Below, one piece after another: positions 28,196 to 37,339 of a DNA stretch of 45,891 nucleotides. Below the pieces are notes generated by a model. It did not search any database and was not told where the DNA came from. It saw only the letters and a list, made by a program, of their open reading frames with translations. The translations under genes were made by a program, and so were the position numbers. How positions within the stretch are numbered: position 1 is the stretch's first letter; each line of letters starts with the position of its first letter. The stretch comes from a virus (lineage: Duplodnaviria > Caudoviricetes): IMG/VR virus record IMGVR_UViG_3300021976_000030, positions 1-45,891 of that record; one strand, 5' to 3'.

Positions 28196-28747
28196 TTACT
28201 CTCTACACAGTTCTAAATAAACTTCAGCCTCTAATTCTTTCTTAATTTCCTGGTAAGTTTCATCATCTTCCATTTCAATTGATTCAAGTAAATGTTGGAA
28301 TCCTTTCCTAGCTTTTAGATTCTTTAGAACTACTTCAACTATCTTAACTGACTTATCTTTTTCGTGATTCATATTCCCGTTCTCTAAAATCTTGCGTTCA
28401 TTATCTAAGTCTCTATTCAATGCACTATGTTCAGTAAATTTATCTGGATATCTAGCTTTAAGTTTCTTGATATTAACTTCCTGAACTTGCTCGAATGTAA
28501 CTCCTAGAGTCTTAGCAAGTAAAGCTTGATACCAGAATGAATCACCCATTTCCTCGGCTACGTTTACAATATCAATTGGCTTGCCATAGATGATATGTTT
28601 CTTCATAGCATCCATTAGTTCACCAGCTTCAGTTACCATACCCATAGCTGCATGAAGTATCTTTAGAGTAAATTCATCCTGAAGTCTCTCAGCTATCAAG
28701 TCATAATTCGGTGCATCGGTACGATTAGCCTCATTAATATAATTCAT
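28196..28747 (-). CDS. MazG-like nucleotide pyrophosphohydrolase
   Basis: LHAAMGMVTEAGELMD..KK...EEMGD..WY...NIKKLKARYP. Confidence 0.9.
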   Translation of the reverse strand: MNYINEANRTDAPNYDLIAERLQDEFTLKILHAAMGMVTEAGELMDAMKKHIIYGKPIDIVNVAEEMGDSFWYQALLAKTLGVTFEQVQEVNIKKLKARYPDKFTEHSALNRDLDNERKILENGNMNHEKDKSVKIVEVVLKNLKARKGFQHLLESIEMEDDETYQEIKKELEAEVYLELCRE

Positions 28748-28944
28748 AGTTTTGTTTTCTCCGCATAGATTCTTTCAAGTATTATCTCTTGTCTCTCAGT
28801 TAATCCTTTATTAATTTGCATCTTAAGTGAATCAATAAAGTTAGTTTCCCAACTAGTTAATTTATCACTCGCTTCCTCTTCAATAGTTTCTATCCAATCC
28901 TTTAGAATACTAGGTGACTTAGGTTTCCACATTTCACTCATCAT
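28744..28944 (-). CDS. hypothetical protein
   Basis: LTSWETNFIDSL...LTERQ..IL pattern common in small phage proteins. Confidence 0.65.
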   Translation of the reverse strand: MMSEMWKPKSPSILKDWIETIEEEASDKLTSWETNFIDSLKMQINKGLTERQEIILERIYAEKTKL

Positions 28945-29110
28945 TCACCACCCTATGCCTGAGTCTAATGTGAATATCTAATTCTGTTAAACTAAGAAAG
29001 ACTTTACCACATAGTTTACATTCAAGCATAATTATTTACTCCAGCAAATTCTGCAGAAATAATAAAGTACTCCAGTTGGACCTTCCTTACAAACCCATTC
29101 ATGTTTGTGT

Positions 29111-30361
29111 TCATTCTTTAGAACTGTTATGACTGGCATCTCCACCCTTTTTAGCTGCCTTAAATGCTCTATACTTTTCTAATACTTTCTTCGGAACTTG
29201 ATATACATGACCACTACCATGTTTCTCAATCGCTATGAATCCAGCTTCCTCTAGTGTAAGTGAGATAGTAGTCAAATCATTATGGTCAATATCACCTTGG
29301 AATCTTTGTAGTATACTAATCCTCGTAGCATGTCCATCCTTAATTTCTAAGTATTCCATAATCATTGCAGTTTGATTAGCTAACGTAGACTTACCTATTC
29401 CTCGTACTGCTCTAGCTGAGATTTCAACGAATGGTTCGCATAATGATATGGCCTCAATCATATGTTCCATCTTTATAACTAACTCCGTTCCCTCGGATAA
29501 AGCTAGTAGCATAGCAACCTTTAATGTATGGTCACCTATTCTACTGAATGTTCCAGTCTTATCATGAACTTCACTATCTCCACGTTGTACTGGACCGTAG
29601 AAGTTTTGATACCAATTCTCATAGGTTGAAATAACTTCTTCATCTAAACTAAACTCTCCAGTAATTTTACTTATAGCCGTTAGATAACCTGCTAGTTCTT
29701 TAATGTTAGGAACTATACTTGATGGTCTAAGTAATGCATTCAATCGTTTAGGTGCATCAGCACTTACTACGAATGTCCTACCTAAAAAACCACCATACAT
29801 ATCCTTAGCTTCAAAGAATGATTTCATATGTTCATCATTCGTCGCAGCTAAAAATGTAACTGTTGGTTTGTTAAGTTTCTTAACTCCCGATTTCAGGTTA
29901 ACAATCCAACTCCCTTCATTATAATTTCGGTCGTAGAGATTAGTGAGAATAGTTAAAGCTTGTGAATTATTTATAATTGATGCACTTAATTCACCGCTAA
30001 CGATAAATCCTGCAGAATCTTTAATTAATACTTTGCCATTGCCCGAACCTATAGTTGTTGCAGAACCTAAATCGTCTAATATCTTCTCGATACTACCTCT
30101 ACCCGACATTACCCTAGTACAATTAGCTTCTTGTACTATTCTTTCAATTAAACTTACAGGATGAGACTTCCTTGTAATACCAGTCTTAGCTAGAAGTAGT
30201 ACGTAGATATTCGGATAAGTTTTATATTCTTTTGAACTACGTGCTATCCATACATGATCTTTGACTGATGCGCTTAATGCTGCAAGAGCACTCCAAAAAT
30301 AGTAATGTCTTGGAGCCTCATATAATTCTGTCTGGTCCAAGAACGTCTTAATCCAACTCAT
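29111..30361 (-). CDS. DUF3987-like replicative ATPase/helicase with C-terminal winged helix
   Basis: PNIYVLLLA..G..RKS P-loop variant, GS.E, LTNLYD, GGFLGR. Confidence 0.7.
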   Translation of the reverse strand: MSWIKTFLDQTELYEAPRHYYFWSALAALSASVKDHVWIARSSKEYKTYPNIYVLLLAKTGITRKSHPVSLIERIVQEANCTRVMSGRGSIEKILDDLGSATTIGSGNGKVLIKDSAGFIVSGELSASIINNSQALTILTNLYDRNYNEGSWIVNLKSGVKKLNKPTVTFLAATNDEHMKSFFEAKDMYGGFLGRTFVVSADAPKRLNALLRPSSIVPNIKELAGYLTAISKITGEFSLDEEVISTYENWYQNFYGPVQRGDSEVHDKTGTFSRIGDHTLKVAMLLALSEGTELVIKMEHMIEAISLCEPFVEISARAVRGIGKSTLANQTAMIMEYLEIKDGHATRISILQRFQGDIDHNDLTTISLTLEEAGFIAIEKHGSGHVYQVPKKVLEKYRAFKAAKKGGDASHNSSKE

Positions 30362-30533
30362 TCTTTTCTACAATATATATTCTTTTACATTTAGGGCATT
30401 GCAATGCTATATCATTTATTTTCTTTAATTTAGTATTACACCATAGGCATTCCTTCATATTAGGATTTACTCGTTTATCTACATGTAATTGAATATCACT
30501 AAATATTTTTCCCTCCACCCCTAGCACCCCCAT
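30348..30533 (-). CDS. small zinc-ribbon protein
   Basis: CLWC...CPKC; true start probably MKECLW. Confidence 0.55.
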   Translation of the reverse strand: MGVLGVEGKIFSDIQLHVDKRVNPNMKECLWCNTKLKKINDIALQCPKCKRIYIVEKNELD

Positions 30534-30666
30534 ATAACATTTGATCTTTAGATACTATCAATCTAAATCCATCACCATGACAATACCCGCAAGAATATCT
30601 CCTAACATATAATACGAATGAAACTGGAGTCCATCCTACACCACAGCAAAATGGACATATAACCAT
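30499..30666 (-). CDS. DnaJ-type Zn-finger peptide ending in a terminase-like Walker A
   Basis: CPFCCGVG and CGYCHGDG followed by MLYGGARGGGK; ATG 30666 directly after the polA stop. Confidence 0.55.
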   Translation of the reverse strand: MVICPFCCGVGWTPVSFVLYVRRYSCGYCHGDGFRLIVSKDQMLYGGARGGGKNI

Positions 30667-30667
30667 A

Positions 30668-33175
30668 TCATACTTTGGTTCTGGTGTAGAAGGACTTTGC
30701 AATTTCAGCTTCTGATTGTTTAACATCATTAACTAATTCCATCTTTAACATTGGAGAGACTTTATATTTTTTGAGATCTTTGTAGTTCTCTCTGCCAATC
30801 TCAACATCGACTGGTATAACCAACGATCTTCTGGGGATACTGCATCGGCTAAAGTCAATAGGCTGTTCTCCATACTCTTTAATGATTTGATAAGCTTCAT
30901 CAACTTCTTTCTCGGGACAGAGTAACAGTCCTGCATCGTGTGATTCTCCTACAATTCTAAGATATGGTGCATACTTCCTGAGTAATAGTAGAATCCATTT
31001 AGTCTTATCTGTCACACTTTGTTGAGGAATGAAAGCATAAGCTTCTTTCCACATATCTCTATCCCAATCGCCATAGAACTGCCTCTTTGGGAACCAGTTC
31101 TTACCTTCACAAGGAGAACTTCCTGTAAGAAAAAAATCCTGAGACTTAAGAGCCTCTTGAATTCCCAAGTGAAAGACCTCACGTATCCTTGGGGTGTATT
31201 TATGGAATACTTTGAGAAGCTCATTAGCTTTATACTCACTTATCTCTACGTCAATTCCAAACTTCTCTGCGTCAGTATTAATAGTAGTCATACATGTACG
31301 CTTCTGCATATCTAAGTGACCTGCATGGCGTAATGTCTTACCAATAAATCTCTCAGGACATTCATAGCCTAACTTGGATTTACTCCATTTTTCCCAAGTT
31401 CCACCGAATGCCCAAGATGCTGTCATTGCGTGGATATCAATCGTGTCAAAGTCTCTAAGCGTCTTTTCGTCGTCGGCGAGAAGCGAACATACCCTTGCTT
31501 CAGCTTGAGATTGGTCAAAGTTAATAAACACATATCCAGGGTCAGGCACAAACATCGTTCTAATTGCGCCTGCTTCGCCATGTTTGGATAAAGTTTGGAA
31601 TCCAATTCCCATATTGTACGGTCTGATAGGTGGCGCGAGCAACTCATTACTTGTTCTTCTAGTCTCTGTAGCGCATATAAAAACTGACGTTCGCATTCTT
31701 CCATCGTAATCTGTTGGAGATGCTAATGTCGTGGACAATAGTCTCCTCACCTTTCTATCAGCTAGAATTAATTTAATGGCCCGCTTCTGTTCAGGTTTCT
31801 TACAATGATTACCTAGTAAAGCTACGAGAACATCCTCACCAGTTCCAGCTCGAAATGGAAGTTTAAGTTTCTCATACAATGCTAACTGAACTTGCTTAGG
31901 AGATGCTACGTTTACATGCATTCCAAGTATCTGGAATAACTCAATCTCCATCTTAGCTTGTTTCTTACACCACTCATTAATTAATTGTTCTCTAACGCCA
32001 GGATTAATAGCCATACCTACACTCTCCATCTCAGAGTATAAGTAATGCAACTCCATTACAAACTCGTAATAGAAGTCTTTTAGGTCAAGAGATTCAAGGT
32101 CAGATTCAAGAACATTATCAATCTCCAACGTAATAGCTGCATCCTTAGCATTGTATAGCATGAACTGTTGGATGTTAGTCTTGCCATACTTAAATGCTTC
32201 ATACTCAGATTTATAATAAGGCTCTCTAGTATGTATTGAAGTCTGAAATGCGAGCGACTTAGGAAATTCAGGACATACTACATGGCCCTTTAACATTGTA
32301 TCTGACTTGAAATTATTTAGGTATAGTCCTAACTTCTCAAGCTTGGGCCCGTCGTATTTCCAATTCTGTCCTACCTTAGCAATTCTTGCATCATTGTGAA
32401 TCTTATCAATCATTATCCAGAGTCTAGATACATCTTTGATACTTCTATTCTTACCTAAAGGTCCATCAAATAATGGTACACTTACAGCCTCAGATGGATC
32501 GAATGAAAATGATAAGCAGAAGGGAATAAAATTAATCGATTCAATATCCTCAGCTACCCTAGTCTTTTTAGACCACCGATTAAGGAACTGTAAGAATTGA
32601 TTAGAGTCCTCAACTACATGTAAGTTCCTATTAGGTAATCTTAGTTCTCTAAATTCACCCTCTATCATTGCACGCTGTAAGTCATGTTGGAATACAGCTT
32701 TCTCATATGGCTTCCAACTGAATTGACCAGCTTCTCTAGAGTATAAGAATCGTGCTGGATGATAAGTAGCTACAGCTTTTCTACCATAACAACTTAGAAT
32801 ACTACCACGATAATCATCAAGTTTACCAGGTAAGTCTAAAGCTTTATATGCATTCTTACCTAGTATGAGTAAGAGATTAGGATTGAAAGTATTGATTTCC
32901 TCTTTCAGGAATTTAATTTCATCCTCAAACGCTACTCCACTTTCATGCATCTTACCCCAGTCATTATCCTCTAGCTTAGTTTTCACCACATTAGTTACAT
33001 AGCAATCTGTTCTCCAGTTATTATATCCTAATGCTCGTAATGCTTTATCAAGTACGATCCCAGAAGGTCCAACAAACGGTGCAAGTTGTTCTTCTTCATG
33101 TTTACCTGGCGCCTCCCCTATAATCATTACCTTGGGATTTGGACTACCTTTACCCGGAACAAAGCTACCACTCAT
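30668..33175 (-). CDS. polA: family A DNA polymerase with N-terminal family-4 uracil-DNA glycosylase domain
   Basis: UDG: IGEAPG..E...PFVGPSG, TYHPA. Exo: DIE, NWKYD, YNAKDA. Pol: DQSQAEAR, R...K, SHD. Confidence 0.92.
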   Translation of the reverse strand: MSGSFVPGKGSPNPKVMIIGEAPGKHEEEQLAPFVGPSGIVLDKALRALGYNNWRTDCYVTNVVKTKLEDNDWGKMHESGVAFEDEIKFLKEEINTFNPNLLLILGKNAYKALDLPGKLDDYRGSILSCYGRKAVATYHPARFLYSREAGQFSWKPYEKAVFQHDLQRAMIEGEFRELRLPNRNLHVVEDSNQFLQFLNRWSKKTRVAEDIESINFIPFCLSFSFDPSEAVSVPLFDGPLGKNRSIKDVSRLWIMIDKIHNDARIAKVGQNWKYDGPKLEKLGLYLNNFKSDTMLKGHVVCPEFPKSLAFQTSIHTREPYYKSEYEAFKYGKTNIQQFMLYNAKDAAITLEIDNVLESDLESLDLKDFYYEFVMELHYLYSEMESVGMAINPGVREQLINEWCKKQAKMEIELFQILGMHVNVASPKQVQLALYEKLKLPFRAGTGEDVLVALLGNHCKKPEQKRAIKLILADRKVRRLLSTTLASPTDYDGRMRTSVFICATETRRTSNELLAPPIRPYNMGIGFQTLSKHGEAGAIRTMFVPDPGYVFINFDQSQAEARVCSLLADDEKTLRDFDTIDIHAMTASWAFGGTWEKWSKSKLGYECPERFIGKTLRHAGHLDMQKRTCMTTINTDAEKFGIDVEISEYKANELLKVFHKYTPRIREVFHLGIQEALKSQDFFLTGSSPCEGKNWFPKRQFYGDWDRDMWKEAYAFIPQQSVTDKTKWILLLLRKYAPYLRIVGESHDAGLLLCPEKEVDEAYQIIKEYGEQPIDFSRCSIPRRSLVIPVDVEIGRENYKDLKKYKVSPMLKMELVNDVKQSEAEIAKSFYTRTKV

Positions 33176-33365
33176 CTATTGTTACCTTAGTATCTTCATC
33201 AACCTTAGTTAATACAATTGATTCACTATTATGTAGTGAATTCAATAACTCAATTAATACTGATTCTATTTCCTTTGGTTGTTTAACTTTAATCTTAGCT
33301 TCATGAGTAGAACCATCATTAATTACTACTTCATCATTATTATAATCAATTAATATTTCAATCAT
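33165..33365 (-). CDS. hypothetical protein
   Basis: ORF track; tight packing. Confidence 0.55.
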   Translation of the reverse strand: MIEILIDYNNDEVVINDGSTHEAKIKVKQPKEIESVLIELLNSLHNSESIVLTKVDEDTKVTIDEW

Positions 33366-33595
33366 TATTTTTTCTCCAACAATAGTTCTACATTCTTAAA
33401 TAATAGTCCATTACTAGGACCTAATGATATAATCTTGTGATTATTTTTCAGGCCCAATATTGCAATATGAGTAGACTTATTGAATACATATTGACAACAG
33501 TTAGCATATGTCTCAGCATCTACTGGATAAGCTAAGGGCCAAGCAGTAATACCATATCTATCATTAAATTCCTTAATTAGTTCAGTGGCTTTCAT
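33365..33595 (-). CDS. hypothetical protein
   Basis: ORF track; tight packing. Confidence 0.55.
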   Translation of the reverse strand: MKATELIKEFNDRYGITAWPLAYPVDAETYANCCQYVFNKSTHIAILGLKNNHKIISLGPSNGLLFKNVELLLEKK

Positions 33596-33798
33596 GGTTT
33601 GATATTAGCTTTCTTAACATCTAAATCTAGTCCATGATTACGTTTCGTTAGGAATTCTAACAAACAAGAACCACATACATGTAAGTTAGATCTAACATCT
33701 TGTGGTATAATTATACGAATTCTAAATTCTCCCCAAGGTAACTCGAATGAATCACTAGCTCCTGGTTTCTTACACAAATCACACTTAACTTCAATCAT
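33592..33798 (-). CDS. small zinc-finger protein
   Basis: CDLC...HVCGSC. Confidence 0.6.
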   Translation of the reverse strand: MIEVKCDLCKKPGASDSFELPWGEFRIRIIIPQDVRSNLHVCGSCLLEFLTKRNHGLDLDVKKANIKP

Positions 33799-33967
33799 TT
33801 CCTACCCATCTTATCTATAGTTATGAAATATACATCTTCACTCTTTAACCTATTAAGTTTAGTTGGATGAAATTGATAAATATCTAGATGAATTGGATTC
33901 TCTACTATCTTATGTACTCTTTCATATATTATCTCCTTATTAGAATATAGAGTTAAGATAACTCTCA

Positions 33968-34225
33968 TTACTTCCTCATGTAAATTAAAGCTTTAGATCT
34001 ACTCATATTCATTAGCTCTGCATGGTCAGCTAACTTATTAATTAACATTATCATCTCGCTAACATATGCTCTAGAGACATTTAAATCCCGCGCCGTATCA
34101 GCAAATGAATGTCTTGGTTGGGATACGAGACATGAATTATGATAGATGTTAATTGCTACAGCTTTGCGACTCCAATGTATATCCTTATTTATTTCATCAA
34201 TGGTTTTCTGGAGTAGTGTTCGCAT
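33968..34225 (-). CDS. HTH DNA-binding protein
   Basis: SFADTARDLNVSRAYVSEMI. Confidence 0.7.
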   Translation of the reverse strand: MRTLLQKTIDEINKDIHWSRKAVAINIYHNSCLVSQPRHSFADTARDLNVSRAYVSEMIMLINKLADHAELMNMSRSKALIYMRK

Positions 34226-34229
34226 AAGC

Positions 34230-34688
34230 TTATTCTACGACAGTTACATTCTTCTTGAGGAGTTCTACTGTATTCTGGAATGCTTTCTCTAATAGTTCTG
34301 GAGTGAGCTTAAGAGGATAGACTGAACCAGACCTAGCCATACCAGCCATAACACAATCACTAATGAAATCTAGAACGTCTACGAGATTTACATCCTCAGG
34401 AATTCCATCTTCCCGTGTTAGATGATGCCTATTGAGTTTCCTATGCCTATCCCACCATTCATGTTTATCAAATCCAGTAATGAAATCAGCATGGAATGAA
34501 TTAATATCAGTAATTTTATCTGTGTCGTGATTTAAATCAGCATCCCATAGCATAGCTCGAAAGAAATTAAGTGCTTCTCTTACATCTCCAATGTGCTGTT
34601 TAGAACTAGCTAGAAGCTGTTCCTTAGTTACATTCTTAAAATCACAAGTTCTAGTATCTGCTGTCTCACTCTTACGAATCTTAATCAT
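34230..34688 (-). CDS. HD-type hydrolase-like protein (DUF5662-like)
   Basis: H...HDTDK...H..LNRHH...DVLDFISD. Confidence 0.6.
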   Translation of the reverse strand: MIKIRKSETADTRTCDFKNVTKEQLLASSKQHIGDVREALNFFRAMLWDADLNHDTDKITDINSFHADFITGFDKHEWWDRHRKLNRHHLTREDGIPEDVNLVDVLDFISDCVMAGMARSGSVYPLKLTPELLEKAFQNTVELLKKNVTVVE

Positions 34689-34715
34689 AATTTAATCCTC
34701 AAAATATTAAAAGAA

Positions 34716-34783
34716 ATGGGATGGATTTGGGGTATCATGTAAGGAGCAACACCCGTTTATTTTTATATATCACGGCATCCCAT
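34716..34783 (-). terminator. long hairpin / terminator-like element
   Basis: ATGGGATG/CATCCCAT outer stem with inner GGGT/ACCC; T-rich tail on the minus strand. Confidence 0.45.
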
Positions 34784-34790
34784 AATTGAC

Positions 34791-34982
34791 TTACTCTACA
34801 TACAAGTGTGTTCTAACAGCCGCATCCTTAGCTTCAAGTAACTTCCTAAGAGTTACTGTTCGTTCGGGATTTTGGGGGTAATCATGTGCTATCTTATGAG
34901 CTAACTCACAGAATGGTTTAGAGATTGCTTGTAACTTCTCAGGTAGATGTTCATACTTGAAAAACTGTAGCATCCTATCCAT
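34791..34982 (-). CDS. Acb2/Tad1-like helical-hairpin protein (candidate sponge)
   Basis: FFKYEHLP..LQ..SKPF..LA...PERTV.LRKLLEAKDAAVR, a conserved phage family; sponge link inferred from resemblance. Confidence 0.55.
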   Translation of the reverse strand: MDRMLQFFKYEHLPEKLQAISKPFCELAHKIAHDYPQNPERTVTLRKLLEAKDAAVRTHLYVE

Positions 34983-35079
34983 CTTTATTTCCTCTCTACT
35001 AATTCCTAACCAATGAGAAACTTCCTCATGGTATAAGTATCCCCATTGTTGAAGTTTCTCATTCCAAATTGGTATAAGA

Positions 35080-35241
35080 TTAGTCCTCTGTATCTACATC
35101 CTCTGCATCATCTTCATCGTCATACTCATCATCATCTTCAGCATCATCCTCCTCTACAACTTCAACATTATCATCTTCAGGAATGACAACATTCTCGGGA
35201 TTAATTTCTGGACTCGTCTTGTACTCAAAACTATGCTTCAT
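35080..35241 (-). CDS. 53-aa hyperacidic protein (below ORF track cutoff)
   Basis: GGAGA RBS; MKHSFEYKTSPEINPENVVIPEDDNVEVVEEDDAEDDDEYDDEDDAEDVDTED. Confidence 0.7.
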   Translation of the reverse strand: MKHSFEYKTSPEINPENVVIPEDDNVEVVEEDDAEDDDEYDDEDDAEDVDTED

Positions 35242-35274
35242 TGTAGTCTCCAATCAATTAGTTAGTTAAAACGA

Positions 35275-35385
35275 TTATGCAGCCTAACGAAAGATTCAAT
35301 TATCTGGCTTTCGTGCATTTTTTAAGTCTCTTAGAACGTAGACTATGGCCTACTCACCACAATCAAATCGAGTTAGGCTGCATAA
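35275..35385 (-). ncRNA. candidate multi-stem structured RNA
   Basis: 14-bp perfect outer stem TTATGCAGCCTAAC/GTTAGGCTGCATAA enclosing AGTCT/AGACT, CGAAAG/CTTTCG and TGGT/GCCA hairpins. Confidence 0.5.
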
Positions 35386-35393
35386 ATTAAATA

Positions 35394-35801
35394 CTACGCA
35401 TTAGCACCCATCGTAGCTTCATAAGATGCAACACTCATGAAACCATTAGGTGTATTGTAAATCTTCTTATCGTTGGGATTCTCCTTAGGTTCCACAAAAA
35501 TCATGAGTTCCTTATCAGTGAATGCATCAGTATCAAATGCTCCACCATCTTCACCAACTTCTGCGCCACATGCTTCTGCAAATCCCTTAAACGGTCCAAG
35601 GAATTTCTCAGAGAATGAGCAACGCACCGGAACATCCTTTTCAGAACCTTCAATAATCTTACAATAGAACACATAGTTAGTGCTCTGGTCCTTCTTAGAT
35701 GCTTCCACTTTAGGTTCCTTGACAACACACTTATACCAGTCGGCCTTTTCGACCAACTTTGTTTGCATAATGTCGTCACGGTTCAATCGGATAATAGCCA
35801 T
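35394..35801 (-). CDS. single-stranded DNA-binding protein (DUF669-like)
   Basis: WY.C.V......SKK...NY...KIIEG..K OB-fold pattern; near the AAA_24 ATPase. Confidence 0.65.
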   Translation of the reverse strand: MAIIRLNRDDIMQTKLVEKADWYKCVVKEPKVEASKKDQSTNYVFYCKIIEGSEKDVPVRCSFSEKFLGPFKGFAEACGAEVGEDGGAFDTDAFTDKELMIFVEPKENPNDKKIYNTPNGFMSVASYEATMGANA

Positions 35802-35832
35802 TTGATTCTCTCTTTTCTTTAACGTGTTGATA

Positions 35833-35870
35833 AGTTAGTTAGCTCAGTTAGTTAGCTCGAATAGCTCAGC
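35833..35870. repeat. short tandem repeat (AGTTAGTTAGCTC)x2 plus ATAGCTCAGC
   Basis: Read directly, upstream of the SSB gene. Confidence 0.7.
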
Positions 35871-35897
35871 TTGAATCCATCATACCTCCCATAATAA

Positions 35898-36311
35898 TTA
35901 ATTAAGAGTCTTAGATAGTGGATGTAAATTCTTAGGCTCGGATTTACCATATTCAACCACTAAGTTATAAGCTAAATATGCAAACTCAGGCTCAGCACCT
36001 AACGCTAGTAATGCTTCAAGAAAGATACTATCACATAGAGGCTTGATTAAGTTTACTCTAAGACCAGTATCAGTAATTAGATTACCTTGTAATCCTGCAT
36101 CATGTAGGACTGAAGCCCTGTTATACTTATTCGACTTAGGTAATAATCCCCTTAGTATATCTGGTGAACTCATTAAATCAGTTTGAGTACCAGCTTGAAC
36201 TGTGAATGTTCCCTTAAATGATTCAGAGTAATAGATTAGTGGCGCCGCTACAATGAAATTAGTTCCATCTATATCTTCCAGCCATAGCTTAGTTAGGAAG
36301 TCTGATTTCAT
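35898..36311 (-). CDS. DUF1353-family protein
   Basis: TV.AG..TDL.S.P...Y.RASVLHD...DSIFLEAL..LG. Confidence 0.75.
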   Translation of the reverse strand: MKSDFLTKLWLEDIDGTNFIVAAPLIYYSESFKGTFTVQAGTQTDLMSSPDILRGLLPKSNKYNRASVLHDAGLQGNLITDTGLRVNLIKPLCDSIFLEALLALGAEPEFAYLAYNLVVEYGKSEPKNLHPLSKTLN

Positions 36312-36487
36312 TTTAATGTTCCAACTTTCTCTTCCAATAAGTTAGACTCCTCTTTCATTCTATATACTCGCTCGAAATGAACATCAGTAATACATTCATT
36401 TAAAGCTAGATTAGAACCTACTATATTAACTGCTTGCCATTCTTTATCAACTTTAACTATTACTTCCACGGTAATCTTAATTAACAT

Positions 36488-37339
36488 TTATCCCCCCGCT
36501 AAAATCTCAGTTGTAAGTTTAGGCATGATTAACTCTCCAGGTTTAACTACAGGTTTAGGAATATGCTTACTTAATTCCTCAAAGAATACCTTATCAGTGA
36601 AATCAATGTTTAAGGGAAGTGACATAGAAGTCTTAGCTGTATCATTTCCTGAATGTCTAGTCCTAATAGTATAGCTAGGCTTAGAATCAGCACTCATACC
36701 AGGTTTAATATTAGTATGATACATTTCATCATAATATCCTGGTACTTTCTGTCCAGCTTTCTTACCACCCGTCATTAGGTATCTAGCTATGTGAGTCTTA
36801 CCATCATCATTCTCTTCCCTAACTTTAATTACATGCGCCGTTAGGATGAAATTGATTTTCATAGACTTGAGAATTAGAGCATGTTCAACTATGAACTCCT
36901 GGATAGCTGCGCTTTCAGCAGAAAAATCATCAAGAGTATTAACTCTAAATTCTCCTATTGTTCTACCTGCCTTATTTCCTGATTCAGCTTGAGAATCCTG
37001 TTTAAATTCCTTAGTGTTACTAAGAGCGCGGTCAGTAAAGGATGTAAGACTATCCATTACTACATTCTTTAGACCTTTAGGATTCTGTTCGATTAGTTGG
37101 AATTTCTTTCTAAGCTTTGCGAATGAAAAATAGGTATCATATTCCACATTATTAAGTATCTCCGGTCTGTTGATTCTCCTATAATAGTTTGCCACTGAAC
37201 GCATTCTATCCTCAAAATCAAATACGTATGTTGGCCCACTGATAGCGTAGGATATGGCAGCAATCGATTTTCCAGTTCCGTTTTCACCTTTAATAATCGT
37301 ATGGAATACGTCACCAATAATTACATCACTGAGCTTCAT
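36488..37339 (-). CDS. AAA_24 / Sak4-like ATPase (recombination)
   Basis: GENGTGKS, FDFE, VMDSLT, ILTAH, PGYYDEMY. Confidence 0.85.
   Translation of the reverse strand: MKLSDVIIGDVFHTIIKGENGTGKSIAAISYAISGPTYVFDFEDRMRSVANYYRRINRPEILNNVEYDTYFSFAKLRKKFQLIEQNPKGLKNVVMDSLTSFTDRALSNTKEFKQDSQAESGNKAGRTIGEFRVNTLDDFSAESAAIQEFIVEHALILKSMKINFILTAHVIKVREENDDGKTHIARYLMTGGKKAGQKVPGYYDEMYHTNIKPGMSADSKPSYTIRTRHSGNDTAKTSMSLPLNIDFTDKVFFEELSKHIPKPVVKPGELIMPKLTTEILAGG

Noticed and set aside
28021-28245. 74-aa plus-strand ORF
   Set aside because: Antisense to the tRNA-Leu and flanking genes.
26550-34688. Z-genome (2-aminoadenine) pathway
   Set aside because: No PurZ/adenylosuccinate-synthetase-like ORF recognised.
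35320-35350. Twister ribozyme (GTTCTAAG loop)
   Set aside because: Lacks the AAGC loop end and matching pseudoknot partners by eye; retained only as a generic structured RNA.
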